32,000 nt of DNA from Ruminococcus albus 7 = DSM 20455 (GTDB lineage Bacteria > Bacillota > Clostridia > Oscillospirales > Ruminococcaceae): the NCBI RefSeq assembly GCF_000179635.2, contig NC_014833.1, positions 2,400,001 through 2,432,000 of the forward strand. Direction: 5' to 3'. Shown piece by piece: positions 17,202-27,045 of this stretch (position 1 is its first letter; every line of letters starts with the position of its first letter). A model generated the notes under the pieces. The model was not told where the DNA came from and made no database searches. It saw only the letters and a list, made by a program, of their open reading frames with translations. Made by a program: the position numbers and the translations under genes.

Positions 17202-17230
17202 TTGATTTTTTTCATGAAGAGTGGTATAAT
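17202..17230 (+). promoter_or_regulatory. SigA-type promoter of the thiamine operon
   Basis: TTGATT (17202-17207), 17-nt spacer, TGgTATAAT (-10 at 17225-17230). Confidence 0.7.
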
Positions 17231-17247
17231 ATCTATCGTTGAAATAA

Positions 17248-17345
17248 AATAAGGGGAGCTTGTATACAGGCTGAGAGGATAGCGACCGAGTTATCGACCC
17301 ATAACCTGATTTGGATAATGCCAACGTAGGGAATATGATACCGAT
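17248..17345 (+). promoter_or_regulatory. TPP (THI-box) riboswitch aptamer
   Basis: It contains the conserved elements GGGGAGC...GGCUGAGAGG...GACCC-AUAACCUGAU-UUGGAUAAUGCCAA-CGUAGGGAA in the canonical order. It sits directly upstream of thiS. Confidence 0.9.
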
Positions 17346-17350
17346 CATTC

Positions 17351-17384
17351 GGGGGACTGTTTTTTGCGTGCAGTCCCCTTTTTT
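17351..17384 (+). terminator. riboswitch expression-platform terminator
   Basis: 8-bp stem GGGGACTG (17352-17359) / CAGTCCCC (17371-17378), followed by TTTTTT (17379-17384). Located just before the thiS RBS (GGAGGG 17389-17394). Confidence 0.8.
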
Positions 17385-17400
17385 GTATGGAGGGATGTAA

Positions 17401-17595
17401 ATGGTAAAGTTAAACGGCGAACAGCATGAACTCGCGGGAAAGACCGTTACCGAAATGCTGAACGATAACGGCTACGATCCAAAGCGCGTAGCAGTAGAAC
17501 TGAATCTGGATATACTTCCTAAATCACAGTACGAAAGCACTGTACTCAAGGATGGCGACAGCGTTGAGGTAGTCAGCTTTGTTGGAGGCGGCTAG
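17401..17595 (+). CDS. thiS: sulfur carrier protein ThiS
   Basis: 64 aa with a beta-grasp-sized fold, ending in ...VEVVSFVGGG (C-terminal Gly-Gly). First gene after the TPP riboswitch. Confidence 0.9.
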   Translation: MVKLNGEQHELAGKTVTEMLNDNGYDPKRVAVELNLDILPKSQYESTVLKDGDSVEVVSFVGGG

Positions 17596-18231
17596 ATGAT
17601 CCCATCAAAAGAAGAAATGTATGCCGCACTTGAAGAACGTCACGGAAAAGAACTGCAAAAACTATTTTCGGAAACGGCAGTAGTGATCTGCGGTCTGGGC
17701 GGACTAGGCTCTAATGTTGCAATAAGCCTCGCACGTGCAGGGCTCGGCAGGATACATCTGATAGACTTTGACAGGGTAGATATCTCAAACCTGAACCGTC
17801 AGCAGTATTTTCCCGAACAGCTTGGACAGTACAAGGCAGACGCACTGAAAGATACACTTTTAAAAATAGCACCCTACTGTGATATAACATCTCAGTCGGT
17901 CAAGCTCGACGAAGAAAACATCCCTGTGCTTCTGGCAGATTTTCCAATAGTCTGTGAATGTTTCGACAATGCCGAACAGAAAGCTATGCTGGTAAATTCG
18001 GTGCTTGAAAACTTCCCCGATAAAAAACTGGTGGCAGCCTCGGGAATGGCAGGACTTGGAAGTGCGAACAACATTGTCACCAAAAGGATAGCGCGGAATT
18101 TTTGGCTATGCGGTGACGGCAAGAGCGATGTGAACGAAGGTCTGGGGCTTATATCAGCCAGAGTTGCAGTATGCGCGGCACATCAGGCTACAATGGTACT
18201 AAGGATAATATCAGGCAAGGACGAAGCCTGA
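17596..18231 (+). CDS. thiF: ThiS adenylyltransferase ThiF (short form)
   Basis: 211 aa. E1-like Rossmann motif VVICGLGGLGSNVAISLARAGLGRIHLIDFDRVDISNLNRQ. Its ATG abuts the thiS stop. Confidence 0.85.
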   Translation: MIPSKEEMYAALEERHGKELQKLFSETAVVICGLGGLGSNVAISLARAGLGRIHLIDFDRVDISNLNRQQYFPEQLGQYKADALKDTLLKIAPYCDITSQSVKLDEENIPVLLADFPIVCECFDNAEQKAMLVNSVLENFPDKKLVAASGMAGLGSANNIVTKRIARNFWLCGDGKSDVNEGLGLISARVAVCAAHQATMVLRIISGKDEA

Positions 18232-18250
18232 AAACGAAAGGACGATATAA

Positions 18251-19024
18251 ATGATAAACAATGACAAACTCGTCATAGGCGGACACGAATTCAATTCGAG
18301 ATTCATACTCGGTTCCGGAAAGTATTCTCTTTCGCTTATAAAAGCAGCTGTTGAGAATGCCGGTGCAGAGATCATTACCCTTGCTGTAAGGCGTGCAAAT
18401 ACTAAAGATCAGGAGAGCATACTTGACCATATCCCCGAGGGCGTTACTCTTCTGCCTAACACTTCTGGTGCAAGAAATGCAGAAGAAGCTGTCCGAATAG
18501 CAAGGCTTGCAAGAGAACTTGGCTGCGGAAATTTCGTTAAAATAGAGATCATGCGCGATACCAAGTATCTTCTGCCCGACAATGCAGAAACCATAAAAGC
18601 CACCGAGATTCTGGCAAATGAAGGCTTTGTAGTAATGCCTTATATGTATCCCGACCTTAACACTGCGAGAGACCTTGTTAACGCAGGTGCGGCATCTGTA
18701 ATGCCGCTGGCTTCGCCTATCGGTTCAAACAAGGGTCTTGCAACAAAGGATTTCATACAGATACTGATAGATGAAATAGACCTGCCTATAATCGTTGATG
18801 CAGGCATTGGCAGACCTTCACAGGCTTGCGAGGCTATGGAGATGGGTGCTGCTGCAGTTATGTCAAACACTGCGCTGGCAACCGCCGGCGATCTGCCGAT
18901 GATGGCTGACGCTTTCCGCAAAGCCATAGAAGCAGGCAGACAGGCTTACCTTTCGGGTCTTGGACGAGTGCTTGTAAGAGGTGCATCGCCTTCCGATACA
19001 CTTACTGGATTTCTGAGAGACTAA
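18251..19024 (+). CDS. thiG: thiazole synthase ThiG
   Basis: 257 aa. The stretches [34 protein letters not shown] and [14 protein letters not shown] are typical ThiG motifs. Confidence 0.9.
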   Translation: MINNDKLVIGGHEFNSRFILGSGKYSLSLIKAAVENAGAEIITLAVRRANTKDQESILDHIPEGVTLLPNTSGARNAEEAVRIARLARELGCGNFVKIEIMRDTKYLLPDNAETIKATEILANEGFVVMPYMYPDLNTARDLVNAGAASVMPLASPIGSNKGLATKDFIQILIDEIDLPIIVDAGIGRPSQACEAMEMGAAAVMSNTALATAGDLPMMADAFRKAIEAGRQAYLSGLGRVLVRGASPSDTLTGFLRD

Positions 19025-19036
19025 GGGGTGGATACG

Positions 19037-20287
19037 ATGGAAAATAATTTTCTGTTTGATTCCGAGGGACTTTCCGAAGAAGCATTAAAACGCAAGCACA
19101 AGCTTGAAAATGATCCCTCCTGCCGTACCGACCACATGAAATATATGGAAGGTCAGGAGCAGATAAAAAGTGATATACTCGAAAAGGTAATGACACAGTT
19201 CGACAGCTACGACTACAATGCATATACAGCACTTGATGTTTCACGCGCATTACAGAAAACGACTATCGGGGTTGAGGAATTCAAGGCACTGCTTTCTCCT
19301 GCTGCAGAACCTTTCCTTGAACAGATGGCTGAGCGAGCACGTGTTGAGACCAGAAAGCATTTCGGCAATACGGTTTACCTGTTCACACCGCTGTACATCG
19401 CTAATTACTGCGAGAATTACTGCGTATACTGCGGATTCAATTGCTACAACCATATCCGCCGTATGAAACTGAACATGGAACAGATCGAGCATGAGATGAA
19501 AGTAATTGCAGACAGCGGCATGGAGGAGATACTTATCCTCACAGGCGAAAGCAAGAGCATGAGCGATGTAAAGTATATAGGTGAAGCCTGCAAACTGGCG
19601 CGGAAGTATTTCCGTATGGTAGGCGTTGAGATATATCCCGTGAACGTGGAAGATTACAAATATCTCCATGAATGCGGAGTGGACTATGTCACCGTTTTTC
19701 AGGAAACTTATGATAATGTCAAGTACGAAACTCTCCACCTTGCAGGACACAAGCGCGTATGGCCTTACCGTTTTGAAGCACAGGAGAGAGCACTAATGGG
19801 CGGTATGCGTGGTATTGCTGGTTCGGCGCTGCTGGGACTTTCCGATTTCAGAAAGGACGCACTGGCTACGGGACTGCATATGTACTATCTGCAGAGGAAG
19901 TATCCTCACGCTGAGATATCCCTCTCATGTCCGAGACTTCGCCCGATAGTAAATAATGACAAGATAGACCACATGGATGTTGGTGAAAGACAGCTTTGTC
20001 AGGTACTGTGTGCTTACAGACTTTTCCTGCCGTTTGCAGGTATAACAGTATCTTCCCGTGAAACCAAAAGTTTCCGTGACGGTATAGTGAAGATCGCAGC
20101 CACCAAGATATCCGCAGGAGTTTCCACGGGTATAGGTGACCATGAAAGCAAGTACACCGGCAAGGAAAACGATAACGAGGGCGATGAGCAATTCGAAATA
20201 GCAGATACGAGAAGCTTTGATACCATGTACAAGGATATGTCCGCTGAGGGCTTGCAGCCTGTGCTGAACGATTATCTGTATGTGTAA
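19037..20287 (+). CDS. thiH: 2-iminoacetate synthase ThiH (radical SAM)
   Basis: Radical-SAM cluster motif CENYCVYCGF. Length and position after thiG fit ThiH. The ATG at 19037 (AAGGGG 8 nt upstream) is preferred over the GTG at 19028 in the ORF track. Confidence 0.85.
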   Translation: MENNFLFDSEGLSEEALKRKHKLENDPSCRTDHMKYMEGQEQIKSDILEKVMTQFDSYDYNAYTALDVSRALQKTTIGVEEFKALLSPAAEPFLEQMAERARVETRKHFGNTVYLFTPLYIANYCENYCVYCGFNCYNHIRRMKLNMEQIEHEMKVIADSGMEEILILTGESKSMSDVKYIGEACKLARKYFRMVGVEIYPVNVEDYKYLHECGVDYVTVFQETYDNVKYETLHLAGHKRVWPYRFEAQERALMGGMRGIAGSALLGLSDFRKDALATGLHMYYLQRKYPHAEISLSCPRLRPIVNNDKIDHMDVGERQLCQVLCAYRLFLPFAGITVSSRETKSFRDGIVKIAATKISAGVSTGIGDHESKYTGKENDNEGDEQFEIADTRSFDTMYKDMSAEGLQPVLNDYLYV

Positions 20288-20885
20288 GATCATCTGCATA
20301 ACAAACAGGAAACTGTGCCGCGTAGATTTTTCAGTGCAGTTGGAAAAGATCGCAGCTGCGCAACCTGATATGGTGATACTTCGTGAAAAGGATATGCGGG
20401 AAGATGAGTATAGTATTCTCGCAGAAAAGTCAGCGGAGATATGCAGAAAATATGAAGTACCTTTTGCTGTCAACAGTTTCCGGAATACGGCTCTGAAAAA
20501 AGGAATAAAAAGAATACATCTTCCGCTGCATATCCTTCGTGAACTTACACCTGAAGATAAAGCAGTATTCGATATCATAGGCACATCGGTCCACTCAAAA
20601 GAAGATACAGAAGAAGCTGTTGCACTTGGCGCAGGATACATCATTGCAGGACACATTTTTGAGACCGAATGCAAAAAGGGTCTGGCAGGACGAGGAACGG
20701 ATTTTCTCAAAGAGATCTGCAATACTGTTAAACTGCCCGTTTATGCAATAGGTGGTATAACAGCGGACAATGCTGCTGAATGCATAAAAGCAGGAGCAGA
20801 CGGCATCTGCCTTATGAGCAGTTTCATGCAGGCGGAAAATGTGTCCGAATTTATGGATAGATTAAGAGGTGTAATGAATGGTTAA
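20280..20885 (+). CDS. thiamine-phosphate synthase family protein (ThiE/TenI paralogue)
   Basis: 201 aa. ThiE/TenI-like TIM-barrel pattern (ITNRKL...VILREKDM...VYAIGGIT..N......GADGI). Its start overlaps the thiH stop by 8 nt. ThiE cannot be distinguished from TenI by eye. Confidence 0.65.
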   Translation: MCKIICITNRKLCRVDFSVQLEKIAAAQPDMVILREKDMREDEYSILAEKSAEICRKYEVPFAVNSFRNTALKKGIKRIHLPLHILRELTPEDKAVFDIIGTSVHSKEDTEEAVALGAGYIIAGHIFETECKKGLAGRGTDFLKEICNTVKLPVYAIGGITADNAAECIKAGADGICLMSSFMQAENVSEFMDRLRGVMNG

Positions 20886-21510
20886 TGTAGATGTTACGCT
20901 GTATGCCATAACAGACCGCGGTGCGATCGGTCAGCGTGACTTTTATGAAGCTATAGAGGCAGCCCTAAAAGGCGGCGCGACAATACTTCAGCTGCGCGAA
21001 AAGGGACTTGATGAAGTCAGCCTCATAGAGGAAGCAAAGAAAGTCAAAAATATATGCAGCAGATACGGTGTACCGCTGATAATAAACGATAACTACAAAG
21101 CTGCCATAGCTTCAGGCGCGGACGGTGTACATGTTGGTATTGAGGATGCACCTGTTGCGGAGATAAGATCAAAAGCCGGCAGCGGTTTCATCATAGGAGC
21201 GACTGCAAAAACCGTAGAACAGGCAAAAGCCGCACAGGCAGCAGGCGCAGACTATCTGGGGGTCGGAGCGGTATTTCCCTCCACCACAAAGAAAAACGCT
21301 ATACGCATAACCAATGAACAGCTGCGCGAGATAGCAGCTTCGGTCGATATACCTGTAACTGCTATAGGCGGAATAAGCAAGTCGAATATGACTGAGCTGA
21401 AAGGCTGCGGTGCAGACGGTGCTGCCCTTGTATCAGCAATATTCGCTGCAGAGAATATTGAAACTGAATGCAGAGAATTGAAAAAACTCTCTCAGGAAGT
21501 TTTCAGATAA
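20878..21510 (+). CDS. thiE: thiamine-phosphate synthase ThiE
   Basis: 210 aa. The pattern LYAITDR....ALKGGATILQLREK....LIINDN...GADGVHVG....GATA......GADYLGVG.VFPS.TK....AIGGI is canonical ThiE. It overlaps the previous gene by 8 nt. Confidence 0.85.
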   Translation: MVNVDVTLYAITDRGAIGQRDFYEAIEAALKGGATILQLREKGLDEVSLIEEAKKVKNICSRYGVPLIINDNYKAAIASGADGVHVGIEDAPVAEIRSKAGSGFIIGATAKTVEQAKAAQAAGADYLGVGAVFPSTTKKNAIRITNEQLREIAASVDIPVTAIGGISKSNMTELKGCGADGAALVSAIFAAENIETECRELKKLSQEVFR

Positions 21511-21585
21511 TCAAAACAGCGGCAGCTTGGGGGCACCACCTGCCTGCCGCTATATAAAACCAATGTATCTCGAAAGGAGTATTTT

Positions 21586-22395
21586 ATGAGAACAGCATTG
21601 AGTATCGCCGGGAGCGATCCCAGCGGAGGCGCCGGGATACAGGCAGATATAAAAACGATGACGGCAAACAGGGTATATGCCATGACAGCCATCACCGCAC
21701 TTACTGCCCAGAATACGTCAGGTGTTTCAGGAATAATGGAAGTTACACCGGAGTTCCTAGCACAGCAGCTTGACCGTATTTTTGAAGATATTTTCCCCGA
21801 CGCTGTTAAAATAGGTATGGTATCATCAGCAGCACTTATAACCACCATAGCTGATAAGCTGACAGAATACAAGGCGAATAACATAGTCCTTGACCCTGTT
21901 ATGGTGGCGACCAGCGGTGCAAGGCTGATAAACGAGGACGCTGTTCAGGCACTGAAGGAACGGCTTATACCTCTGGCAAAGGTGATAACACCTAACATTC
22001 CCGAAGCCGAAGTACTGGCAGATATGTCCATAACCTCTGCAGAGGATATGGAGAAAGCCGCCGAGAAGATCTATGCATCATACGGATGCGCAGTACTTCT
22101 CAAAGGCGGACATCAGCTGAATGATGCAAACGACCTGCTCATCGGCAAGGAAGTTAATAAATGGTTCAACGGCAAGCGGATCCATAACCCAAACACCCAT
22201 GGCACCGGCTGCACGCTTTCAAGTGCGATCGCATCAAATCTGGCAAAAGGATATGAGCTTGATGAAGCAGTTGAAAGGGCAAAGAGATATATCTCAGGCG
22301 CTCTCGGAGCTATGCTTGATCTTGGCAAAGGAAGCGGACCTATGGATCATGCATTCGCAATAAACAATGAATTTACAGCAGAAAGGAAAATTTGA
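21586..22395 (+). CDS. thiD: hydroxymethylpyrimidine/phosphomethylpyrimidine kinase ThiD
   Basis: 269 aa. The stretches [32 protein letters not shown] and [12 protein letters not shown] are typical ThiD motifs. Confidence 0.9.
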   Translation: MRTALSIAGSDPSGGAGIQADIKTMTANRVYAMTAITALTAQNTSGVSGIMEVTPEFLAQQLDRIFEDIFPDAVKIGMVSSAALITTIADKLTEYKANNIVLDPVMVATSGARLINEDAVQALKERLIPLAKVITPNIPEAEVLADMSITSAEDMEKAAEKIYASYGCAVLLKGGHQLNDANDLLIGKEVNKWFNGKRIHNPNTHGTGCTLSSAIASNLAKGYELDEAVERAKRYISGALGAMLDLGKGSGPMDHAFAINNEFTAERKI

Positions 22396-22396
22396 A

Positions 22397-23710
22397 ATGA
22401 GAGAATATGCAACACAGATGGAGGCTGCCAAGAAAGGCATAATCACCCCTGAAATGAAGATAGTCGCAGAGAAGGAGTATATTGATCCCGAAGAGCTCCG
22501 CGCACTTGTTGCTAAGGGTGAGGTAGCTATCCCCTGCAACATCAACCACAAAGCAATATCTCCCGAGGGTGTCGGCAGCAGAATGCGCACCAAGATAAAT
22601 GTTAACCTTGGTATATCAGGAGATGCCAAGAACTATGATAACGAGATGAAAAAGGTTGAACTGGCTCACAAGTTTGGTGCAGAGGCTATAATGGATCTTT
22701 CCAACTACGGCAAGACCAACACTTTCCGCCGCGAGCTTGTTGCCAAGTCACCTGCTATGATCGGTACCGTACCCATGTATGATGCTATCGGCTATCTTGA
22801 AAAGGATCTGCTGGAGATAACTGCCGAAGACTTTCTCAAGGTAGTTCGTGCCCATGCAGAGGAAGGCGTTGACTTCATGACAATACACGCAGGAATCAAC
22901 AAACGCGCTGTTGAAGCTTTCCGCCGTGAGGGCAGAAAGATGAATATAGTATCCCGCGGAGGCTCACTTCTGTTTGCGTGGATGATGATGACTGGAAATG
23001 AGAACCCATTCTATGAGCATTATGACGAGGTACTGGATATTCTCCGTGAATTTGATGTTACCATAAGCCTCGGTGATGCACTTCGTCCCGGTTGTATAGA
23101 TGATGCTACCGACTCAGGTCAGATATCAGAGCTTATCGAGCTTGGTGCGCTGACCCTGCGTGCATGGGAAAAGGATGTACAGGTAATGGTCGAGGGACCA
23201 GGTCACATGGCAATGAACGAGATCGCTGCTAACATGACTCTCCAGAAGCGTATATGCCACAACGCACCTTTCTATGTGCTTGGCCCTGTAGTTACTGATA
23301 TCTTCCCCGGATATGACCACATCACAACAGCTATCGGCGGTGCTATCGCAGCATCCAGCGGTGCAGATTTCCTTTGCTATGTCACACCTGCTGAGCATCT
23401 GCGTCTGCCTGATGTAAATGATGTTAAAGAGGGTATCATAGCTTCCAAGATAGCTGCCCATGCAGCAGATATCGCAAAGGGTGTTCCCCATGCCCGTGAC
23501 AAGGATAATGCGATGGCAGAAGCAAGACACAAGGTAGATTGGGACGAGATGTTCAAAATAGCTTTTGACCCCGAAAAGGCACGTGAGTATTTTGAAAGCA
23601 CTCCCCCTGCTGACAGACACACCTGCTCAATGTGCGGCAAGATGTGTGCAGTACGTACAACCAATCTTATACTTGAAGGCAAAACAGTAGAGTTCTGCAC
23701 AGAGAAATAA
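22397..23710 (+). CDS. thiC: phosphomethylpyrimidine synthase ThiC
   Basis: The N-terminus [20 protein letters not shown] is ThiC-like, and the C-terminal Cys cluster is CSMCGKMC. The ATG at 22397 lies 1 nt after the thiD stop with AAAGGAAAA upstream. It is preferred over the 22367 start, which overlaps thiD. Confidence 0.9.
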   Translation: MREYATQMEAAKKGIITPEMKIVAEKEYIDPEELRALVAKGEVAIPCNINHKAISPEGVGSRMRTKINVNLGISGDAKNYDNEMKKVELAHKFGAEAIMDLSNYGKTNTFRRELVAKSPAMIGTVPMYDAIGYLEKDLLEITAEDFLKVVRAHAEEGVDFMTIHAGINKRAVEAFRREGRKMNIVSRGGSLLFAWMMMTGNENPFYEHYDEVLDILREFDVTISLGDALRPGCIDDATDSGQISELIELGALTLRAWEKDVQVMVEGPGHMAMNEIAANMTLQKRICHNAPFYVLGPVVTDIFPGYDHITTAIGGAIAASSGADFLCYVTPAEHLRLPDVNDVKEGIIASKIAAHAADIAKGVPHARDKDNAMAEARHKVDWDEMFKIAFDPEKAREYFESTPPADRHTCSMCGKMCAVRTTNLILEGKTVEFCTEK

Positions 23711-23727
23711 TTTATCATTAGATACAA

Positions 23728-23767
23728 ACAGCTCCCGATACACAAGATATCGGGAACTGTTTTTTTT
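23728..23767. terminator. bidirectional Rho-independent terminator (thi operon / S41 peptidase gene)
   Basis: 13-bp stem with one mismatch, ACAGCTCCCGATA (23728-23740) / TATCGGGAACTGT (23748-23760), followed by TTTTTTT (23761-23767). Confidence 0.8.
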
Positions 23768-23775
23768 ATGTTTAT

Positions 23776-25431
23776 TCAGCGTTCCATTTCTTCAAGATAC
23801 TTAACTGCAGTATCCATAAGATAATCATTGTCTTCATCAAATATCTCGCGGAATGCTTTTTCATCAAATGGTACTATGACCTCCGCATCATCATCGGCAT
23901 TATAATCAGTACCGCAGTCTATATAGACAGTGCCGTCCTTATTCAGCATAAGTGAACTTGAATAACTGAACATCCCGCTTTTAAGCTTTATTGGAGATAC
24001 GCCCTGAGCTGAACCGAGAGGTCCTGTAAAGCCCATTACCGTTGTATTCTCAAATTCGCTCATCAGCTTTGTCAAATGGTCAGCTGCACTTACCGAATGA
24101 CTGCCTACCAACAGTATTATCCTGCCGTCATCACCCAGGATATTTTCTCCGTCAACATAGACATCTCCGGCAACTTTCCACTTGCCTTCACCATTTTTGA
24201 CATAGCACTTCTTATCATGATCGAAATATGCATCAGAAACATAATAGTACTCACCCTCAGGTGCAAACAGCTCTCCTATAGCTTTTACCATAGTTCCGGA
24301 ACCGCCATTGTTTTCGCGGATATCTATTATGATATCGCGCACGCCCTCTTTTTTCGCATCCAGTATCTGCTCGCGAAGTTCATCCTTCATTTTCTTGTGT
24401 TTATCTTTTTCCGAGATAGAATCAAAGTTCATAGTTTTGATTCGCAGGCAGACGGTGGTATCATTTATCTTTGTCAAAGTCATATGTCCAACGTTCATAC
24501 CTTTAAGCAGTTTATCATATACTTCTTTTGCTCTATTATAGTAATCATCGGATATTTTATCCAGTACAACAGTTTTTATATTACCGCTGTCATCTTTGAT
24601 AACAGCTTCAACACTGTCTCCGCCCGTACCCGCAGCGAATGTTCCTTCAAAGAATTTCTGATTGTCTGCATCAGCAAAGTTGAACAGCTGCTTCATCTCG
24701 TTGAGTTCATCAGCCTCGGCGGGTGTCATACCGTTCCAGCTTATAATCTCAGTGCCGTTGTGGATACCAAGCGCATTAAGACTGCTGTCAACCTCAGCCG
24801 CAACTGTCCTTCCATCTGAAAGGGTACATATCACAAGTCCGTGATCAATACCTGATAACCTTGAATATGCTGCATCTCTGGTTTTCTCATCAGAACCGAA
24901 ATTTACATGACCATCATGGAACTCAGCACAGAATTTATACCAGGCTATCTCATTAGCGACTTTGTCATGCGCTTTATTCGCCGCCTTGAATTCGGGCAGA
25001 TATTTCTCATAAAGAGCGTCCCAGTTGACCTGTTTATGTTCAGTGAGAACATAATGAGCTTTCATGCTCTCAAAGCCCTCTTTGAAATCTCTGACGTAAT
25101 CCACACTTCTGTACGCTTTATTGAAAAGACACAGAGGAAGACTTATCAGCACCAGCACCCATGATAATCCCGATGCTGCCCTGCGTGTCTTTATCTTGGG
25201 TATGAAAAATCCCGCTCCCAGTATCACAGCGCCAATATACGCAGGGATCAAAAGTTTTTCTACTCCGGCAACATATACTATCAAAAAACAAGATGCCATT
25301 GGGATAAGCCATAAAAGTCTCCACTTTGAATTCTTAACTCTATCCGCATGACCTGCCATATACCACAGCCCACCGCTCATCAATGGGAGCAAAACAAGCG
25401 TGACTATATCTAAAGTTTCAAGTTTACTCAT
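23776..25431 (-). CDS. membrane-anchored S41-family (C-terminal processing/tail-specific type) peptidase
   Basis: 551 aa. About 4 N-terminal TM helices. S41 motifs IIDIRENNGGSG and GSHSVSAADHL (catalytic Ser region). Confidence 0.7.
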   Translation of the reverse strand: MSKLETLDIVTLVLLPLMSGGLWYMAGHADRVKNSKWRLLWLIPMASCFLIVYVAGVEKLLIPAYIGAVILGAGFFIPKIKTRRAASGLSWVLVLISLPLCLFNKAYRSVDYVRDFKEGFESMKAHYVLTEHKQVNWDALYEKYLPEFKAANKAHDKVANEIAWYKFCAEFHDGHVNFGSDEKTRDAAYSRLSGIDHGLVICTLSDGRTVAAEVDSSLNALGIHNGTEIISWNGMTPAEADELNEMKQLFNFADADNQKFFEGTFAAGTGGDSVEAVIKDDSGNIKTVVLDKISDDYYNRAKEVYDKLLKGMNVGHMTLTKINDTTVCLRIKTMNFDSISEKDKHKKMKDELREQILDAKKEGVRDIIIDIRENNGGSGTMVKAIGELFAPEGEYYYVSDAYFDHDKKCYVKNGEGKWKVAGDVYVDGENILGDDGRIILLVGSHSVSAADHLTKLMSEFENTTVMGFTGPLGSAQGVSPIKLKSGMFSYSSSLMLNKDGTVYIDCGTDYNADDDAEVIVPFDEKAFREIFDEDNDYLMDTAVKYLEEMER

Positions 25432-25443
25432 TTTATCGCCCCC

Positions 25444-26232
25444 CTATTCAAGATCATCGGTGTGGAAGAAATTGTAACCTAACAAAAGATATAAACCACC
25501 CACCGCCAGCGAGACTAATATGCACCTGATGATCAATCCCGCTTCGGGCATAGGAGTGTATACCATCTCTACAGGACTCTCCAGGCCAAAGATATGCCAT
25601 TCCTTATATCTCATAATAGAACCTACAGTAGAGAAAACAGTCAGCACTCCAGATTCATCATCAGCACTCTTTATCAAGTTTGAAACAGCAAAGATCATAT
25701 AGTCTGTAAGAAATGCAAAACCCGCACGCTTAATAAAATACGCGATCATTATGAAAAGACATGATACCCGAAAGAAAGGAAATACCAGCAGAAGTATCCT
25801 TACTGCCGCCGCACTGAACGGAACTGAATCTCCCCAGCCTGTAAGCATATAGCTGACCCCAAGTGAGGTGGATACCATGACCAGACCGAAGATCGTACAA
25901 AATACTATCGTTATGGAAGCTCTGGAAAAATAAGTTTGCTTCCTCAGCTTGCCTGACATCATCTCATAGTTCATCGTTTTATCGCTGAAATCATCTGCGC
26001 AGAAAAAAGCCGCAAAAAAGGCTATACCCATCATTGCTATACTGACTACCATTTCCATGCGGGTAGCAAAATCAGACGCTGTCAGTTTCTGCCATTCCTC
26101 CAGATTATCTGCACCGTTAAGGTACTCCACCGCACCGAACAGAACAGCAAGCATCATCAATGTTATAAACACAAGATAATACACCCTGGTGCGGGATATC
26201 TGATACAGCTGCGCTTTTATCAAATTCTTCAT
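25444..26232 (-). CDS. ABC-2-type transporter permease
   Basis: 262 aa with ~6 TM segments. Last gene of an ATPase-permease-permease operon. Confidence 0.6.
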   Translation of the reverse strand: MKNLIKAQLYQISRTRVYYLVFITLMMLAVLFGAVEYLNGADNLEEWQKLTASDFATRMEMVVSIAMMGIAFFAAFFCADDFSDKTMNYEMMSGKLRKQTYFSRASITIVFCTIFGLVMVSTSLGVSYMLTGWGDSVPFSAAAVRILLLVFPFFRVSCLFIMIAYFIKRAGFAFLTDYMIFAVSNLIKSADDESGVLTVFSTVGSIMRYKEWHIFGLESPVEMVYTPMPEAGLIIRCILVSLAVGGLYLLLGYNFFHTDDLE

Positions 26233-26241
26233 GTACTCACC

Positions 26242-27045
26242 TCAATTCATGTCGCGTCTGCGCATCACAGCGTAGCCGATAAGCAAAAATACAGCTGTGC
26301 CCAGGATACTTGCTGCCGCAGCGTGACACATAGTATCTGTTTCAAGTATATCCTTTACCACCATAACATCTTCTCCGTCAAAAAAGCCGTAGCCCATATT
26401 TTTAGGATTCAGCAGCCTGTCAAAGATATCGATTGAAAACAGATACATCGTTACCTTAGTATCAAAAAGTTCATTTATCAGAATAGTTAAAAGCATCGTT
26501 ATCATTGAGAACACATAGCCTATACCGATAACAACAGCTTTGTTTCTGACGGCCATCGTTATAAAAGTATAGAACGATGTATATCGAATCACAGGCAACA
26601 GACCCAAAGAATACCTTATGACAACTTCTTTGACCGTCATAGTATGACCCCAGCCGTTCAATACAGTGAATATAAGCATAGACGGAACAGTTATGATAAG
26701 ATACACTATAATATTTACAGCCAGTGCTACAAAGAATCTTCCAAAGAAAACATCACTTCGTCTGATCCCGCAAAGCAGTTCGTAGTTGACCGTTTTATCG
26801 GTAAGATCATTGCCAAATATCACAGCAGTATAAACTAGGATCAGCATAGGCAGGATCTCCATATTTATCTCACCTATGTAGCTGACAAACATACTTCCGG
26901 TTATCTTTTCTGCTTGTTCACCTGATATCTCCGCAAACAGGATAGCGGCAATAAATAACAGTGAGCAGAGCAATATCACATATGTGCTAATGCTTCTCAA
27001 CACCTGATACTTCTGCGCTTTCATCACGTTGATCATTTTCTTCAC
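26242..27045 (-). CDS. ABC-2-type transporter permease
   Basis: 267 aa with ~6 TM segments, paralogous in layout to the next permease. The exact start is uncertain, because Met codons at 27045, 27036 and 27024 all overlap the ATPase 3' end. Confidence 0.6.
   Translation of the reverse strand: MKKMINVMKAQKYQVLRSISTYVILLCSLLFIAAILFAEISGEQAEKITGSMFVSYIGEINMEILPMLILVYTAVIFGNDLTDKTVNYELLCGIRRSDVFFGRFFVALAVNIIVYLIITVPSMLIFTVLNGWGHTMTVKEVVIRYSLGLLPVIRYTSFYTFITMAVRNKAVVIGIGYVFSMITMLLTILINELFDTKVTMYLFSIDIFDRLLNPKNMGYGFFDGEDVMVVKDILETDTMCHAAAASILGTAVFLLIGYAVMRRRDMN

Noticed and set aside
17027-17215. N-terminal 63-aa extension of the 16376..17215 ORF.
   Set aside because: The extension runs across the ISAs1 terminal inverted repeat (17109-17129) and the target duplication into host DNA. 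ISAs1 transposases begin at the MDNGITEYF-type Met (17026).
20280-21510. Tandem ThiE-family paralogues as something unusual.
   Set aside because: A TenI/ThiE-like gene next to thiE inside thiazole-branch operons is common in Firmicutes. It is ordinary pathway organisation.
21518-21551. Stem-loop (AGCGGCAG / CTGCCGCT) in the thiE-thiD gap, considered as a second riboswitch or terminator.
   Set aside because: There are no THI-box motifs and no T-tract after the stem. It is probably an mRNA processing or stability hairpin, or chance.
22367-22396. Upstream start of thiC at 22367, overlapping thiD by 29 nt.
   Set aside because: The ATG at 22397 has an RBS, lies directly after the thiD stop and gives the conserved ThiC N-terminus.
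26987-27045. 59-nt overlap between the ABC ATPase 3' end and the first permease, considered as a sign of a frameshift or fusion.
   Set aside because: Both frames have intact family features on either side. Alternative Met codons exist, and the overlap is compatible with normal translational coupling.
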